A DNA stretch of 64,000 nt. Origin: an uncultured virus (IMG/VR IMGVR_UViG_3300019372_000169). Its lineage: Duplodnaviria > Heunggongvirae > Uroviricota > Caudoviricetes. The stretch is taken from the IMG/VR virus record IMGVR_UViG_3300019372_000169. One strand, given 5' to 3'. Each line of letters starts with the position of its first letter. Positions within the stretch are counted from its first letter, which is position 1. The notes under the pieces were generated by a model that saw nothing but the letters and a program-made list of their open reading frames with translations, was not told the DNA's origin and ran no database searches. Of this stretch, positions 45,515-55,753 are shown in pieces. Position numbers and translations under genes: made by a program.

Positions 45515-47602
45515 TTACCTCCTTGCGTTGATGCGGAAATTATCAAGATAGCTGCGATACAGCTGATATGTATGCTTTGCGCGAAGACCGGATATCATCT
45601 CGCGGTACGCCTTTTCCGAGTCGGTCACAATGAACACCGTATCAATTTCCGGATGCGCGTTGAGTTGTTCGTCGAAAGCCATGAAGCTGCTTTCGCTTAT
45701 CAAAACTGCAAACTTGTTCTCCGGAAGTATCAGCATGTCCGGAACTTCGCTACACAGCTCCGGGCGTTTGCCTATGGCACCTGCTTTCAGCCACAACAGT
45801 GGGAGAATCTCTTTGAACTGCCTGCCCAATGCGACATCGTCTTTGTCGAGAAAGCCCAGCTTGAAGTATTCACAGTTTGCCTTAAATCCCTGCGACATCG
45901 GAATGGGGTTTCCATCTGCGTCGTTGGCAAGATAATCCCCCTTAAGCGGATTGCCGTTCACATCATGCCCCTCGATGGAGCAGACGGTGCGCGGCCATGT
46001 GACATAGCGGGCAATGCCGAGCTTCTCCCATTCCGGATCGCCGGGTTGGTAGCCCTGTTTGGCAAGAGATTTTGCTTCATCAGCAGACACTTCGTTATTC
46101 GTCACCATGATACAACGCCGATGGCCGCCATCTTCTGCATTTAAGAGATTAACAGCGTGAAGTGTTGTACCTGAACCGGCGAAAAAGTCGACGACGAGGG
46201 CGTTAGGGCTGTTGCCCACACAATACCGTATAGCATCTTCAACGGCATACAATGATTTTGGGAAAGAAAAACGTCGTTCTAAGAATATTGAATTAAGGAG
46301 TGTTGATCCGTAAATACCCGCATCATGTAAAGGTCGATTCCAGACAGCTTCAGGCGCTTTAGTTTTCACCGCATCTTCATTATGCTCCAAAATCAATGCG
46401 CCGTTTGCATCGTGACCCTTTACGATTATTTCTCCAGCCTCAATGCGCCTCTTTTCAGCTGTCCTAAGATAATTCAGAGTCATTTTTTTGCCAAATGTAC
46501 TTACTCTTGCGCAGCCAGTGTCAAATGCTTTAGCAAGTGACTCTCTTCCTAATTGCCATGTATTTTCGCGTCCATCAGGTCGCAGCGGCCAAATAGCTAT
46601 AAGCCCCGCCTCTGGAGCCGAAACAGTATCTTTATCGTCAGTTATTGAAATCAGGTCGCCAATGGAATGAAGTTTGCCGTTCGGATAAACCCATACAGGG
46701 TAAAAAAGGTTTGGGCGGTCACTTCTCGAACTATTTGAGCCCGTTCGCATTAATGAAAACCAAATTGGATTCTTCTTTTCTACTCCCTCTTGCTTATCTG
46801 GCACTATGCTTGGAACGCCTATTTGAACATAATATAGATACTCTTGATTACGAGTAAACGATCCGGGACGTGCTACACCTGCTCGTGGATTTATGATATC
46901 AGTTACCATAGTTATATTAGCTTCTGGGAACATCTCCTCCAGCAAGCAGCCGAGATGCAGATACTCTTTTTCGTCGATAGTTACAATCAGAACAGAATTG
47001 TTTGGATTTAATATCCGCTTGGCGATTTTTAGCCGCTTCTGCATCATGGAAAGCCATTTACTATGACGGTAACTGTCGGAGGAGTCGACGTAGTCGTTGT
47101 TATACTTCCAGTCGCGGGCTCCCGTGTTGTAGGGCGGGTCAATATAGATACAATCTACCTGCTTGGGGTATAGGTACTCTAATAGCTGAAGTGCATGATA
47201 GTTGTCCGCTTCGATGAGCGTATGCCACAGGTCGCTGTCCGGCGCGTTTTCCACTTTATCTATTGGCTGCAGTGTGGGATAAATTGGCTCGCCGAATTTT
47301 GCCACAGGCACCAGTTCAGAAAGCGCTATGGTTTCCTTTTCACCGGAGGCAAGGCGCAGACATTCAGCCTCATCACTGTTAATCTTGATAACACGGTACA
47401 CATCATTGATGGCTCCGGCTTTCTTCGCCACAGTGCTGCCGCGCTTTATTTCGATGCCGTAAAGAGGAGTACATTCCGGAATGTGCTCCTCAAAAACAAG
47501 GCCGAATTTCTTTTGCTTTGTCAAACGAGCTGCTTCCTGCATGAGTCGTTCACGCAGGGTCTTGTCCTCTACCTGATTAATCAAGTCATTTAATGCAGCC
47601 AT
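45515..47602 (-). CDS. mod: Type III Mod-like adenine DNA methyltransferase
   Basis: IYIDPPYNTG, HSKWLSMM, FSFPKS, DFFAGSGTT (beta order). Confidence 0.88.
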   Translation of the reverse strand: MAALNDLINQVEDKTLRERLMQEAARLTKQKKFGLVFEEHIPECTPLYGIEIKRGSTVAKKAGAINDVYRVIKINSDEAECLRLASGEKETIALSELVPVAKFGEPIYPTLQPIDKVENAPDSDLWHTLIEADNYHALQLLEYLYPKQVDCIYIDPPYNTGARDWKYNNDYVDSSDSYRHSKWLSMMQKRLKIAKRILNPNNSVLIVTIDEKEYLHLGCLLEEMFPEANITMVTDIINPRAGVARPGSFTRNQEYLYYVQIGVPSIVPDKQEGVEKKNPIWFSLMRTGSNSSRSDRPNLFYPVWVYPNGKLHSIGDLISITDDKDTVSAPEAGLIAIWPLRPDGRENTWQLGRESLAKAFDTGCARVSTFGKKMTLNYLRTAEKRRIEAGEIIVKGHDANGALILEHNEDAVKTKAPEAVWNRPLHDAGIYGSTLLNSIFLERRFSFPKSLYAVEDAIRYCVGNSPNALVVDFFAGSGTTLHAVNLLNAEDGGHRRCIMVTNNEVSADEAKSLAKQGYQPGDPEWEKLGIARYVTWPRTVCSIEGHDVNGNPLKGDYLANDADGNPIPMSQGFKANCEYFKLGFLDKDDVALGRQFKEILPLLWLKAGAIGKRPELCSEVPDMLILPENKFAVLISESSFMAFDEQLNAHPEIDTVFIVTDSEKAYREMISGLRAKHTYQLYRSYLDNFRINARR

Positions 47603-47686
47603 AATCTAACTCCTATCTATAAAATGTTGCAGTGGTTATACTGCCACACTATAATTCTACTTCAAAGCGTGTCCGATAAAACGGGC

Positions 47687-47899
47687 TCACTTCGCATCGG
47701 CAGGGTCGGAATTATCCGCCGCGCCGCCGGAACGTATCCATTCATCCACTTCGGACAGCTTGAATTTCCACAGCCTGCCTACCTTGTAGGCAGGCATATT
47801 TCTTTTCGCGATCCATTGCAGAATGGTTTCTCGCCCAACACCGAGATACTCTTGCACTTCCTTGAGGGTGGACCATTTTTCAATGTTAGTCTCGCTCAC
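47687..47899 (-). CDS. Excisionase-like HTH DNA-binding protein
   Basis: EVQEYLGVGRETI..W..MPAYKVGRLWKF; heads the mod-res operon. Confidence 0.85.
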   Translation of the reverse strand: MSETNIEKWSTLKEVQEYLGVGRETILQWIAKRNMPAYKVGRLWKFKLSEVDEWIRSGGAADNSDPADAK

Positions 47900-48187
47900 G
47901 CTATTGACCTCCATATTCTGTTCCGCAGTGCCGCAGGGTCTTACACCTGCGGCTTTTCTCTATCTGCGTGAGTGCCATATACACTTTCACATTAAATATT
48001 ATATCACAAAGATGACCTAAAATCAATGTTTATGGATGAATTTGATTGTAAAAAGTCATAAATGCACGTTATTAGGCAGATGAGGCGTGCGGTTTTTCTT
48101 CAAAAATCTCTCTCCTTCCTTCGTCAAAACACCTCCCTCATGTCCAGCGATTTATGAAAGCAAACAAAAAACGCTTTCAGGCTGGAG

Positions 48188-48424
48188 GTGAAAGAAGTGT
48201 ATCAGACACAGGTAAAACCCAAGGGCTGTACTGCGGACGAAGAGCTCGTCGAAGTCCTCACCGCGATCAGCGTAGTGTCAAAGCGGCTGGCGAGGAACCT
48301 CGCTATTCTCGCCGCACAAAGCAAATCTAAGGAAGGAGGAAAATCAGATGAGCAAAATGAGCGAATTGGCAGCAACTATCGAAGAACTCCGCAGTGCTGC
48401 CGCTGCTATTTCGGATGCCGCTGA
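48188..48424 (+). CDS. Small hypothetical phage protein
   Basis: DEELVEVLTAISVVSKRLARNL helix; start uncertain. Confidence 0.5.
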   Translation: MKEVYQTQVKPKGCTADEELVEVLTAISVVSKRLARNLAILAAQSKSKEGGKSDEQNERIGSNYRRTPQCCRCYFGCR

Positions 48425-48662
48425 CTGGCTGTCAGAGATGTTCAGTGGAGAGCCGCAGACAGAAGATGCTCCCGCTTCTCCTCCTGAACCTGAACTGACA
48501 CTGGAACAGGTTCGGGCTGTGCTTGCGGACAAATCCCGTGCGGGCTTCACCGCTCAGATTCGCTCTCTGCTCCAAAAACACGGTGCGGCGAAACTGTCGG
48601 AGATTGACCCTTCGCATTACGCCGACCTGCTCAAAGAGGCGGAGGGCTTGGGAAATGGGTAA
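48348..48662 (+). CDS. Conserved phage protein ('Rrp5-like' annotation family)
   Basis: LTLEQVRAVLADKSRAG...KLSEIDP..Y; AGGAGG RBS. Confidence 0.75.
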   Translation: MSKMSELAATIEELRSAAAAISDAADWLSEMFSGEPQTEDAPASPPEPELTLEQVRAVLADKSRAGFTAQIRSLLQKHGAAKLSEIDPSHYADLLKEAEGLGNG

Positions 48663-49779
48663 ACACGCCATTCTCTCCGCCTCCAGTGCTGACCGTTGGC
48701 TCCACTGCCCGCCGTCCGCCAGACTCTGCGAGAGCTACGACGATAAGGGCAGCAACTACGCCGCCGAAGGCACCGACGCTCACGCGCTGTGCGAGTACAA
48801 GCTCCGACAGACGCTGGGCATGGAAGCCACCGACCCGACCGAAAACCTGACATGGTTCAACGAAGAAATGGAGGAATGTGCCGCCGGTTATGCGGCCTAT
48901 GTGCTTGAACAGGTGGAAGCAGCAAAGCGAACCTGCGCCGATCCGATTGTTCTCATCGAACAGCGAGTGGATTTCTCCCGCTGGGTGCAGGACGGTTTCG
49001 GCACCGCCGACTGCGTCATCATCGCGGACGGTACATTGCAGATCATCGACTATAAGCATGGCCTGGGCGTGCTCGTGAGCGCGGAGGAAAATCCGCAAAT
49101 GGAGTGCTACGGGCTTGGTGCACTTGAGTTGTTCGACGGCATCTACGACATTGACTCGGTGCGCATGACCATCTACCAGCCCCGCCGCTGCAATGTCAGC
49201 ACCTACGAGCTTTCCAAGGACGAGCTTTACCGCTGGGCGGATGAGGTGCTCAAGCCCACAGCAGACCTTGCTTTCTCCGGTGACGGAAATTTCCTGTGCG
49301 GTGAGTGGTGCGGCTTTTGCAAGGCAAAGCACGATTGCCGCGCCAGAGCTGAAGCCAATCTGGAGCTTGCCCGCTACGACTTCAAGCTGCCGCCGCTGTT
49401 GACGGATGAGGAAGTCGAGGACATCCTCTCCCGCGCTGATGACCTTGTGTCGTGGGCGGCGGACATCAAGGAATACGCACTCCGCCAAGCGCTCAGCGGC
49501 AAGAAGTGGAACGGCTGGAAGCTGGTTGAGGGCCGCTCCAACCGCAGGTACACAAACGAAACAGCTGTTGCCAGTACTGTTGAAAGCATCGGCTTTGACC
49601 CCTATGAGCACAAGGTGCTGGGTGTCACCGCCATGCAGAAGCTGCTCGGCAAATCCCGCTTTGAGGAACTTCTTGCACCATATATCGAAAAGCCGCAAGG
49701 CAAGCCGACGCTCGTGCGGTCAAGCGACAAACGGCCTGAATGGAACACCGCAAAAAATGATTTTATGGAGGAAATGTAA
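48655..49779 (+). CDS. DUF2800 Cas4-like PD-(D/E)xK nuclease
   Basis: HAILSAS..RWLHCP, FGTADC, IIDYKHG, WCGFC..C. Confidence 0.9.
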   Translation: MGKHAILSASSADRWLHCPPSARLCESYDDKGSNYAAEGTDAHALCEYKLRQTLGMEATDPTENLTWFNEEMEECAAGYAAYVLEQVEAAKRTCADPIVLIEQRVDFSRWVQDGFGTADCVIIADGTLQIIDYKHGLGVLVSAEENPQMECYGLGALELFDGIYDIDSVRMTIYQPRRCNVSTYELSKDELYRWADEVLKPTADLAFSGDGNFLCGEWCGFCKAKHDCRARAEANLELARYDFKLPPLLTDEEVEDILSRADDLVSWAADIKEYALRQALSGKKWNGWKLVEGRSNRRYTNETAVASTVESIGFDPYEHKVLGVTAMQKLLGKSRFEELLAPYIEKPQGKPTLVRSSDKRPEWNTAKNDFMEEM

Positions 49780-49780
49780 T

Positions 49781-50356
49781 ATGCCTAATAACACAAACAA
49801 AGTCAACAATCCGATGAAAGTCATCACCGGCCCCGATACCCGTTGGTCTTACGCCAACGTCTGGGAGCCGAAATCTATCAATGGCGGTACGCCGAAATTC
49901 TCCGTCAGCCTGATTATCCCCAAGTCCGACACCAAGACGCTTGCCAAGATCAAGGCGGCTATTGAAGCCGCCTACCAGGAAGGACAGGCTAAGTTGAAAG
50001 GCAATGGTAAATCTGTGCCTCCGCTGGCGGCTCTCAAAACCCCGCTGCGCGACGGCGACACCGAACGCCCCGATGATGAAGCCTACGCCAACGCCTACTT
50101 CATCAATGCCAACGCGACTACTGCTCCCGGCATTGTAGACGCAGACCGCAATCCGATTCTGACCCGCTCGGAGGTTTACTCCGGCGTGTACGGCAGGGCA
50201 AGCATCAGCTTCTATGCTTTCAATTCCAATGGCAATAAGGGCATCGCCTGTGGGCTCAACAACCTGCAAAAAATCCGCGACGGGGAGCCTCTCGGCGGCA
50301 AGGCAAGCGCGGAGTCCGACTTTGCCACCGACGATGACGACGATTTTTTGAACTGA
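49781..50356 (+). CDS. DUF2815 ssDNA-binding protein
   Basis: RWSYANVWEP, PLRDGD, YSGVYGR, acidic DDDFL tail. Confidence 0.9.
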   Translation: MPNNTNKVNNPMKVITGPDTRWSYANVWEPKSINGGTPKFSVSLIIPKSDTKTLAKIKAAIEAAYQEGQAKLKGNGKSVPPLAALKTPLRDGDTERPDDEAYANAYFINANATTAPGIVDADRNPILTRSEVYSGVYGRASISFYAFNSNGNKGIACGLNNLQKIRDGEPLGGKASAESDFATDDDDDFLN

Positions 50357-50376
50357 GAAAGGAAAGGTGAAAACAT

Positions 50377-50559
50377 ATGACAACCTTACAGACCGTTTTA
50401 GTTACCGTCCTTATCGCCATTTGGCTCTGCATCAGTGTTGGGTTCCTTGTCTCAGTGATTCAGAGCGCAATATATGACCGCAAACGCGAAAAGCGTGAGA
50501 AGGCGCAGGCTGCCCGCGACCTTGAATATCACGAAAAACGCATGGCGGACTTTAAGTAA
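50377..50559 (+). CDS. Small membrane protein
   Basis: N-terminal hydrophobic helix, AAGGTG RBS. Confidence 0.65.
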   Translation: MTTLQTVLVTVLIAIWLCISVGFLVSVIQSAIYDRKREKREKAQAARDLEYHEKRMADFK

Positions 50560-50621
50560 AACATCAGGGACGGGCGGCAGAGCTTGCTTTGCCGCCTTGT
50601 TCCTATTAAGGACGGTTGACT

Positions 50622-52562
50622 ATGAAATCACTCAGTATTGATATTGAAACATATTCCAGTGTGAACCTTGCCAAATCAGGTGTTTACCGCTATGTCGAAG
50701 CACCGGATTTTGAAATTCTGCTGTTCGGCTACTCCGTAGACGGCGGCGAAGTGCAGGTCATCGACCTTGTCTGCGGTGAGAAAATTCCGGCTGACATTCT
50801 CGGCGCACTTACAGATGAAAGCGTGACAAAATGGGCTTTCAACGCCGGCTTTGAAAGAGTGTGCCTGTCGCGGTATATCGGTTTGCCGACCGGCGAGTAT
50901 ATTGTCCCTGCTTCGTGGCACTGCTCGATGGTATGGGCGGCGACAATGGGTCTGCCGCTTTCGCTGGAGGGCGTCGGCGCGGTGCTGGGGCTGGAAAAGC
51001 AAAAGCTCACCGAGGGCAAAGAGCTCATCAAATATTTCTGCCAGCCCTGCGCTCCGACAAAAACCAACGGGCAGCGCACCCGCAACTTGCCGGCTCATGC
51101 TCCTGATAAGTGGTTGGATTTCAAAAAATACAATATTCGTGATGTTGAGGTTGAAATATCCATTCAAGAACGACTTTCCAAATATCCGGTGCCGAACAGC
51201 ACTTGGGAGGAATATCACCTTGACCAGGAGATAAACGACCGCGGTGTGGCTCTGGACATGACGCTGGTACAAGCGGCTATCGCCATTGACGGGCGCTCCC
51301 GCTCTGAATTGACCGCAGCCATGAAAAAGCTGACTGAGCTGGACAATCCAAACTCGGTGCAGCAAATGAAGCAGTGGCTTGCGGATAACGGTCTGGAAAC
51401 GGACACGCTCGGCAAAAAGGCTGTGGCGGAGCTTTTAAAAACAGCGCCGCCGGAGCTTGCCGAGGTACTTGCTCTCCGTCAGCAGCTCGCCAAATCCTCG
51501 GTAAAGAAGTATCAGGCAATGGAAAACGCGGTCTGCGCCGACGGTCGTGCTCGCGGCATGTTCCAGTTTTATGGAGCCAACCGAACCGGCCGCTGGGCGG
51601 GCAGGCTCATTCAAATGCAAAACCTTCCGCAAAACCATCTGGAGGATTTGGCTGAAGCCCGTGCCCTTGTGCGCTGCGGCGACTTCGATGCGCTGAAAAT
51701 GCTCTACGAGGATGTGCCGGATACGCTGTCGCAGCTGATACGCACAGCATTTATACCGAAAAGCGGTGCAAAGTTCATCGTGTGTGACTTCAGTGCCATC
51801 GAGGCCCGTGTGATTGCGTGGTTTGCCGGCGAGCGTTGGCGGCAGGACGTTTTCGCCAAAGGCGGCGACATCTACTGCGCTTCGGCGTCGCAGATGTTTA
51901 AGGTGCCTGTTGAGAAGCACGGCATCAATGGCCATCTGCGGCAAAAAGGAAAAATTGCAGAGCTGGCGTTGGGCTATGGTGGCAGCGTTGGTGCACTCAA
52001 GGCGATGGGCTCGCTGGAGATGGGACTTGCCGAAGAAGAGCTTCCGACACTGGTGGACGCTTGGCGGCAATCCAATCCCCACATTGTGAAGTTCTGGTGG
52101 GACGTGGATAAAGCCGCCATGGAGGCAGTCCGCTGCAAGCACACCAATTCGACGCATGGCATTGCCTTCTCCTATCGAAGCGGAATGCTGTTTATCACCC
52201 TGCCCTCCGGCCGGCGGCTTGCCTATGTGAAGCCGCGCATCGGTGAAAACAAGTTCGGCGGCAGTTGTATTACCTATGAAGGCATCGGCAGTACGAAAAA
52301 GTGGGAACGGCTGGGCTCCTATGGACCAAAGCTCGTGGAAAACATCGTTCAGGCGACTGCCAGAGATATTCTCTGCTATGCCATGCGAACGCTTCGCCGC
52401 TGTGCCATTGTCATGCATATCCATGACGAGCTGGTCATTGAAGCTGATCAGAGTGTTTCTTTGCAAGCCATTTGCGAACAAATGAGCCGAACACCGCCGT
52501 GGGCAAAGGGGCTGCTGCTCCGCGCCGATGGATATGAAACGGATTTCTATAAAAAAGATTGA
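50622..52562 (+). CDS. Phage family A DNA polymerase
   Basis: DIETYS exonuclease, RTGRWAG, DFSAIEAR, KIAELALGYG, HIHDE. Confidence 0.95.
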   Translation: MKSLSIDIETYSSVNLAKSGVYRYVEAPDFEILLFGYSVDGGEVQVIDLVCGEKIPADILGALTDESVTKWAFNAGFERVCLSRYIGLPTGEYIVPASWHCSMVWAATMGLPLSLEGVGAVLGLEKQKLTEGKELIKYFCQPCAPTKTNGQRTRNLPAHAPDKWLDFKKYNIRDVEVEISIQERLSKYPVPNSTWEEYHLDQEINDRGVALDMTLVQAAIAIDGRSRSELTAAMKKLTELDNPNSVQQMKQWLADNGLETDTLGKKAVAELLKTAPPELAEVLALRQQLAKSSVKKYQAMENAVCADGRARGMFQFYGANRTGRWAGRLIQMQNLPQNHLEDLAEARALVRCGDFDALKMLYEDVPDTLSQLIRTAFIPKSGAKFIVCDFSAIEARVIAWFAGERWRQDVFAKGGDIYCASASQMFKVPVEKHGINGHLRQKGKIAELALGYGGSVGALKAMGSLEMGLAEEELPTLVDAWRQSNPHIVKFWWDVDKAAMEAVRCKHTNSTHGIAFSYRSGMLFITLPSGRRLAYVKPRIGENKFGGSCITYEGIGSTKKWERLGSYGPKLVENIVQATARDILCYAMRTLRRCAIVMHIHDELVIEADQSVSLQAICEQMSRTPPWAKGLLLRADGYETDFYKKD

Positions 52563-52643
52563 GGATGTTTTGTACGATAGGCTTTCTTTTTTCCAGTGGG
52601 TATTAGAGATGGACAAGAAGCCCGTCGTGAAAGGAGTTTCTAA

Positions 52644-53069
52644 ATGAGTATAAACAAGTTTAACAGCGAGGGCTATTACGACCCCACCGCCTATGAAGCC
52701 CTGTCGCTGATTGAAAAGGAAGAACGTGCACTGCGGGCTTTTCGGCCGATTGTCTACATCTGCTCTCCGTTTTCTGGGGCTGTGGACGAGAATATCGCGG
52801 CGGCGCAGCGTTACAGCCGTTTTGCCGTGAACAAAGGATACATACCCGTCACGCCACACCTGTTGTTTCCGCAATTTCTTGATGACAACAATCCCACGGA
52901 ACGCCAGCTTGGGCTATTCTTCGGCACTGCCATCATGAGCAAATGCGCCGAGGTGTGGGTATTTGGCAGCATCATCTCACCCGGTATGGAGGCTGAAATC
53001 AAGCGTGCCAAGTGGAAGGATTACCGCTTGCGCTACTTCAATGAAAACTGCGAGGAGGTGCAGGAATAG
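52644..53069 (+). CDS. DUF4406-like (deoxyribosyltransferase-fold) protein
   Basis: VYICSPFSG, CAEVWVFG, GMEAEI. Confidence 0.75.
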   Translation: MSINKFNSEGYYDPTAYEALSLIEKEERALRAFRPIVYICSPFSGAVDENIAAAQRYSRFAVNKGYIPVTPHLLFPQFLDDNNPTERQLGLFFGTAIMSKCAEVWVFGSIISPGMEAEIKRAKWKDYRLRYFNENCEEVQE

Positions 53070-55342
53070 TGTTCACGATATACCACTCCGATTTCATCGG
53101 AAATCCCGGCAATTGCTCCTATCCGCACAAAGCCGAAATTACCGATGCGGCGGTATTTGCGGCTGCGGTCAGCCGTGACTATGTTTGCGCAGAGTACCGC
53201 AATAACTATCGCAGCGGCGACAACTTTATTGGCAGCGATTGCCTGCCGGTGGACTGCGATAATGACCACTCTGAAAATCCCGATGAATGGATGCAGCCCG
53301 CCGATGTAGAAGCGGCGTTTCCCAATGTAGCCTTTGCCGTTCATTACAGCCGGTCGCATATGCGCGAAAAGAACGGAAAACCCGCTCGTCCCAAATTTCA
53401 TGTCCTGTTCCCCATAAACCGCGTTACTGACGCTTCCTGCTACAGTGATATGAAAAAGCTGGTCAATGCCATCTTCCCATATTTCGACACAAAAGCGCTG
53501 GACGCCGCGCGATTTTTCTTCGGCACCAATTCGCCGCAGGTGGAAATTCACGAGGGCTGCATGAAGCTAACGGACTTCTTGGCAGGTGACGATTTCGACG
53601 CAAATATGGCCGGCGGGTATCGTGCGAGTCAGGTTATCCCGGAGGGCAGCCGAAACGCAACACTCTCCCGTTTTGCCGGCCGCGTCATCAAAAAGTATGG
53701 CGACAGCGAGGAAGCATATCAGGCGTTCATGGAGGAAGCCGCAAAATGCGCGCCGCCGCTCCCGGATTTCGAGCTTTCGACTATTTGGCACAGCGCACAG
53801 CGCTTCTTTGCAAAGATACAGCGGCAGGACGGCTATGTGCCGCCGGAAGCCTATAACGTTTCAGTTTCCTACAAGCCCGGAGATTACTCCGACGTGGGGC
53901 AGGCCGAGATTCTGGCAAAACACTTCTCCGGTGAGCTGCGATATTCGCCCGCGACGCACTTCATCCGCTATAACGAGCACTACTGGCAGGAAAGCGAGCC
54001 CGGCGCGCAGGCCGTTGCGCACGAGCTAACCCGCCGCCAGTTGGAGGAAGCCACTAAGGAATTACTGTCAGCGATGAAACTGTTGACAGAAAATGGCGGT
54101 CAGACGATTCTCGAAGGCGCATCCAAGAGCAAAGCCGAAAGTCTGATGAATGATGCGCAACTCGAAGCGTATCGGGCATTTCTCGCGGCAAAGGCATATC
54201 AATCCTTTGTCATCCGCCGCCGAGACTCCAAAAACATCACCGCGACGTTAAAGGAATCTCGTCCCATGTTGGAAATCTCGCCCCGCGACCTTGATGCGGA
54301 TTGCTTTTTATTGTGTACACCCGATGCCACTTATGATCTTCGGAAAGGCATGGACGGCGCAAGGGAGCATTCACCGGAAGACTTTATTACAAAAATGACC
54401 TCTGTGTCGCCTGGTAACAAGGGCTCACAGCTCTGGCAGGACAGCTTGGCACTCATCTTTTGCGGCAATCAGGCGCTTATCGACTATGTACAGATGATCT
54501 GCGGGCTTGCCGCAATCGGCAAGGTTTATGTGGAAGCTCTGATTATCGCTTACGGCGGCGGGCGTAACGGCAAGTCCACCTTCTGGAATGCGGTCTCCCG
54601 TGTGCTGGGCCTTTACAGCGGCAACATCTCCGCCGATACGCTGACGGTCGGCTGTCGTCGTAACATCAAGCCAGAAATGGCGGAGGTCAAGGGCAAGCGC
54701 CTGCTCATCGCCGCTGAAATGCAGGAAGGCGCTCGGCTCAACGACTCCACCGTCAAGCAGCTCTGCTCCACCGATGAGGTGTTTGCAGAGAAAAAGTACA
54801 AGGACCCGTTCAGCTTCACGCCCTGTCACACGCTGGTGCTCTACACGAATCATCTCCCGAAGGTCAGCGCCTCCGACGACGGAATCTGGCGCAGGCTGAT
54901 TGTTATCCCCTTCGACGCCAAGATTGAAGGCAGCAACGACATCAAGAACTATGGCGAGTACCTTTACCAAAACGCCGGCGAAAGCATTCTGGCGTGGGTC
55001 ATTGAGGGCGCCAAGAAGGTCATTGCGCTGGACTACAAAATTCCCGTGCCGGAATGCGTGCAGAAAGCAATCGCGGAATATCGGGCGCAAAACGACTGGT
55101 TTGGACACTTTCTTGAGGACAAATGCGAGCTTGACGCCGGCTTCCGCGAGAGCTCCAGTGTGCTTTATCAGTCCTATCGGAATTACTGCATTGATACCAA
55201 CGAGTATATCCGCAGCACGACAGACTTCTATTCCGCACTGGAGGCCGCCGGGTATAGCCGTATCAAGGTGAAAAACAAGCGTTTCTTTGCCGGATTGAGG
55301 ATAAAAACAGACGACGGAGATTTCGAGGAATTTCTGTCATAA
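53069..55342 (+). CDS. Phage/plasmid primase-helicase, P4/D5 family
   Basis: DCDNDH, PKFHV, EGSRN, GGGRNGKST, AEKKYK, DDGIWRR. Confidence 0.93.
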   Translation: MFTIYHSDFIGNPGNCSYPHKAEITDAAVFAAAVSRDYVCAEYRNNYRSGDNFIGSDCLPVDCDNDHSENPDEWMQPADVEAAFPNVAFAVHYSRSHMREKNGKPARPKFHVLFPINRVTDASCYSDMKKLVNAIFPYFDTKALDAARFFFGTNSPQVEIHEGCMKLTDFLAGDDFDANMAGGYRASQVIPEGSRNATLSRFAGRVIKKYGDSEEAYQAFMEEAAKCAPPLPDFELSTIWHSAQRFFAKIQRQDGYVPPEAYNVSVSYKPGDYSDVGQAEILAKHFSGELRYSPATHFIRYNEHYWQESEPGAQAVAHELTRRQLEEATKELLSAMKLLTENGGQTILEGASKSKAESLMNDAQLEAYRAFLAAKAYQSFVIRRRDSKNITATLKESRPMLEISPRDLDADCFLLCTPDATYDLRKGMDGAREHSPEDFITKMTSVSPGNKGSQLWQDSLALIFCGNQALIDYVQMICGLAAIGKVYVEALIIAYGGGRNGKSTFWNAVSRVLGLYSGNISADTLTVGCRRNIKPEMAEVKGKRLLIAAEMQEGARLNDSTVKQLCSTDEVFAEKKYKDPFSFTPCHTLVLYTNHLPKVSASDDGIWRRLIVIPFDAKIEGSNDIKNYGEYLYQNAGESILAWVIEGAKKVIALDYKIPVPECVQKAIAEYRAQNDWFGHFLEDKCELDAGFRESSSVLYQSYRNYCIDTNEYIRSTTDFYSALEAAGYSRIKVKNKRFFAGLRIKTDDGDFEEFLS

Positions 55343-55351
55343 GAGGGCCAT

Positions 55352-55449
55352 GGGGTAACCTCGATAAAGGTCATATACAAAAAGTCTCTTAGAAACAAAA
55401 AAATAGCCCTAAGAAAAGTTTTAGATATGACATGCGTCGAGGTTACCCC
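55352..55449. repeat. 98-bp imperfect palindrome, candidate replication origin
   Basis: Perfect 13-bp arms GGGGTAACCTCGA/TCGAGGTTACCCC with inner paired blocks and an A-rich centre. Confidence 0.7.
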
Positions 55450-55480
55450 GCCTTAAAAATCTCTGATGGAGTGAACGAAT

Positions 55481-55753
55481 ATGAGAGAAAAAGCAATAGA
55501 GAAAAAACTGGTTCAGTCAGTCAAATCCGCTGGAGGCATCGCGCCGAAGCTCGTTTGCCCCAGTTTCGACGGAATGCCCGACCGCATTGTGCTTTTACCG
55601 GGCGGTCACATCGGCTTTGTGGAGGTTAAAGCGCCAAACAAAAATCCGCGACCGTTACAGCTGGCACGGCATGGACTGCTTCGGCGGCTTGGTTTTAGAG
55701 TCTATGTTCTTGATGATGAACAGCAGATTGGAGGAATCCTTGATGAAATATGA
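55481..55753 (+). CDS. VRR-NUC domain nuclease
   Basis: GMPDRIVL..FVEVKAP..RPLQ. Confidence 0.9.
   Translation: MREKAIEKKLVQSVKSAGGIAPKLVCPSFDGMPDRIVLLPGGHIGFVEVKAPNKNPRPLQLARHGLLRRLGFRVYVLDDEQQIGGILDEI

Noticed and set aside
45515..47602. Phase-variable mod (simple sequence repeat)
   Set aside because: No SSR tract seen in the gene or its leader.
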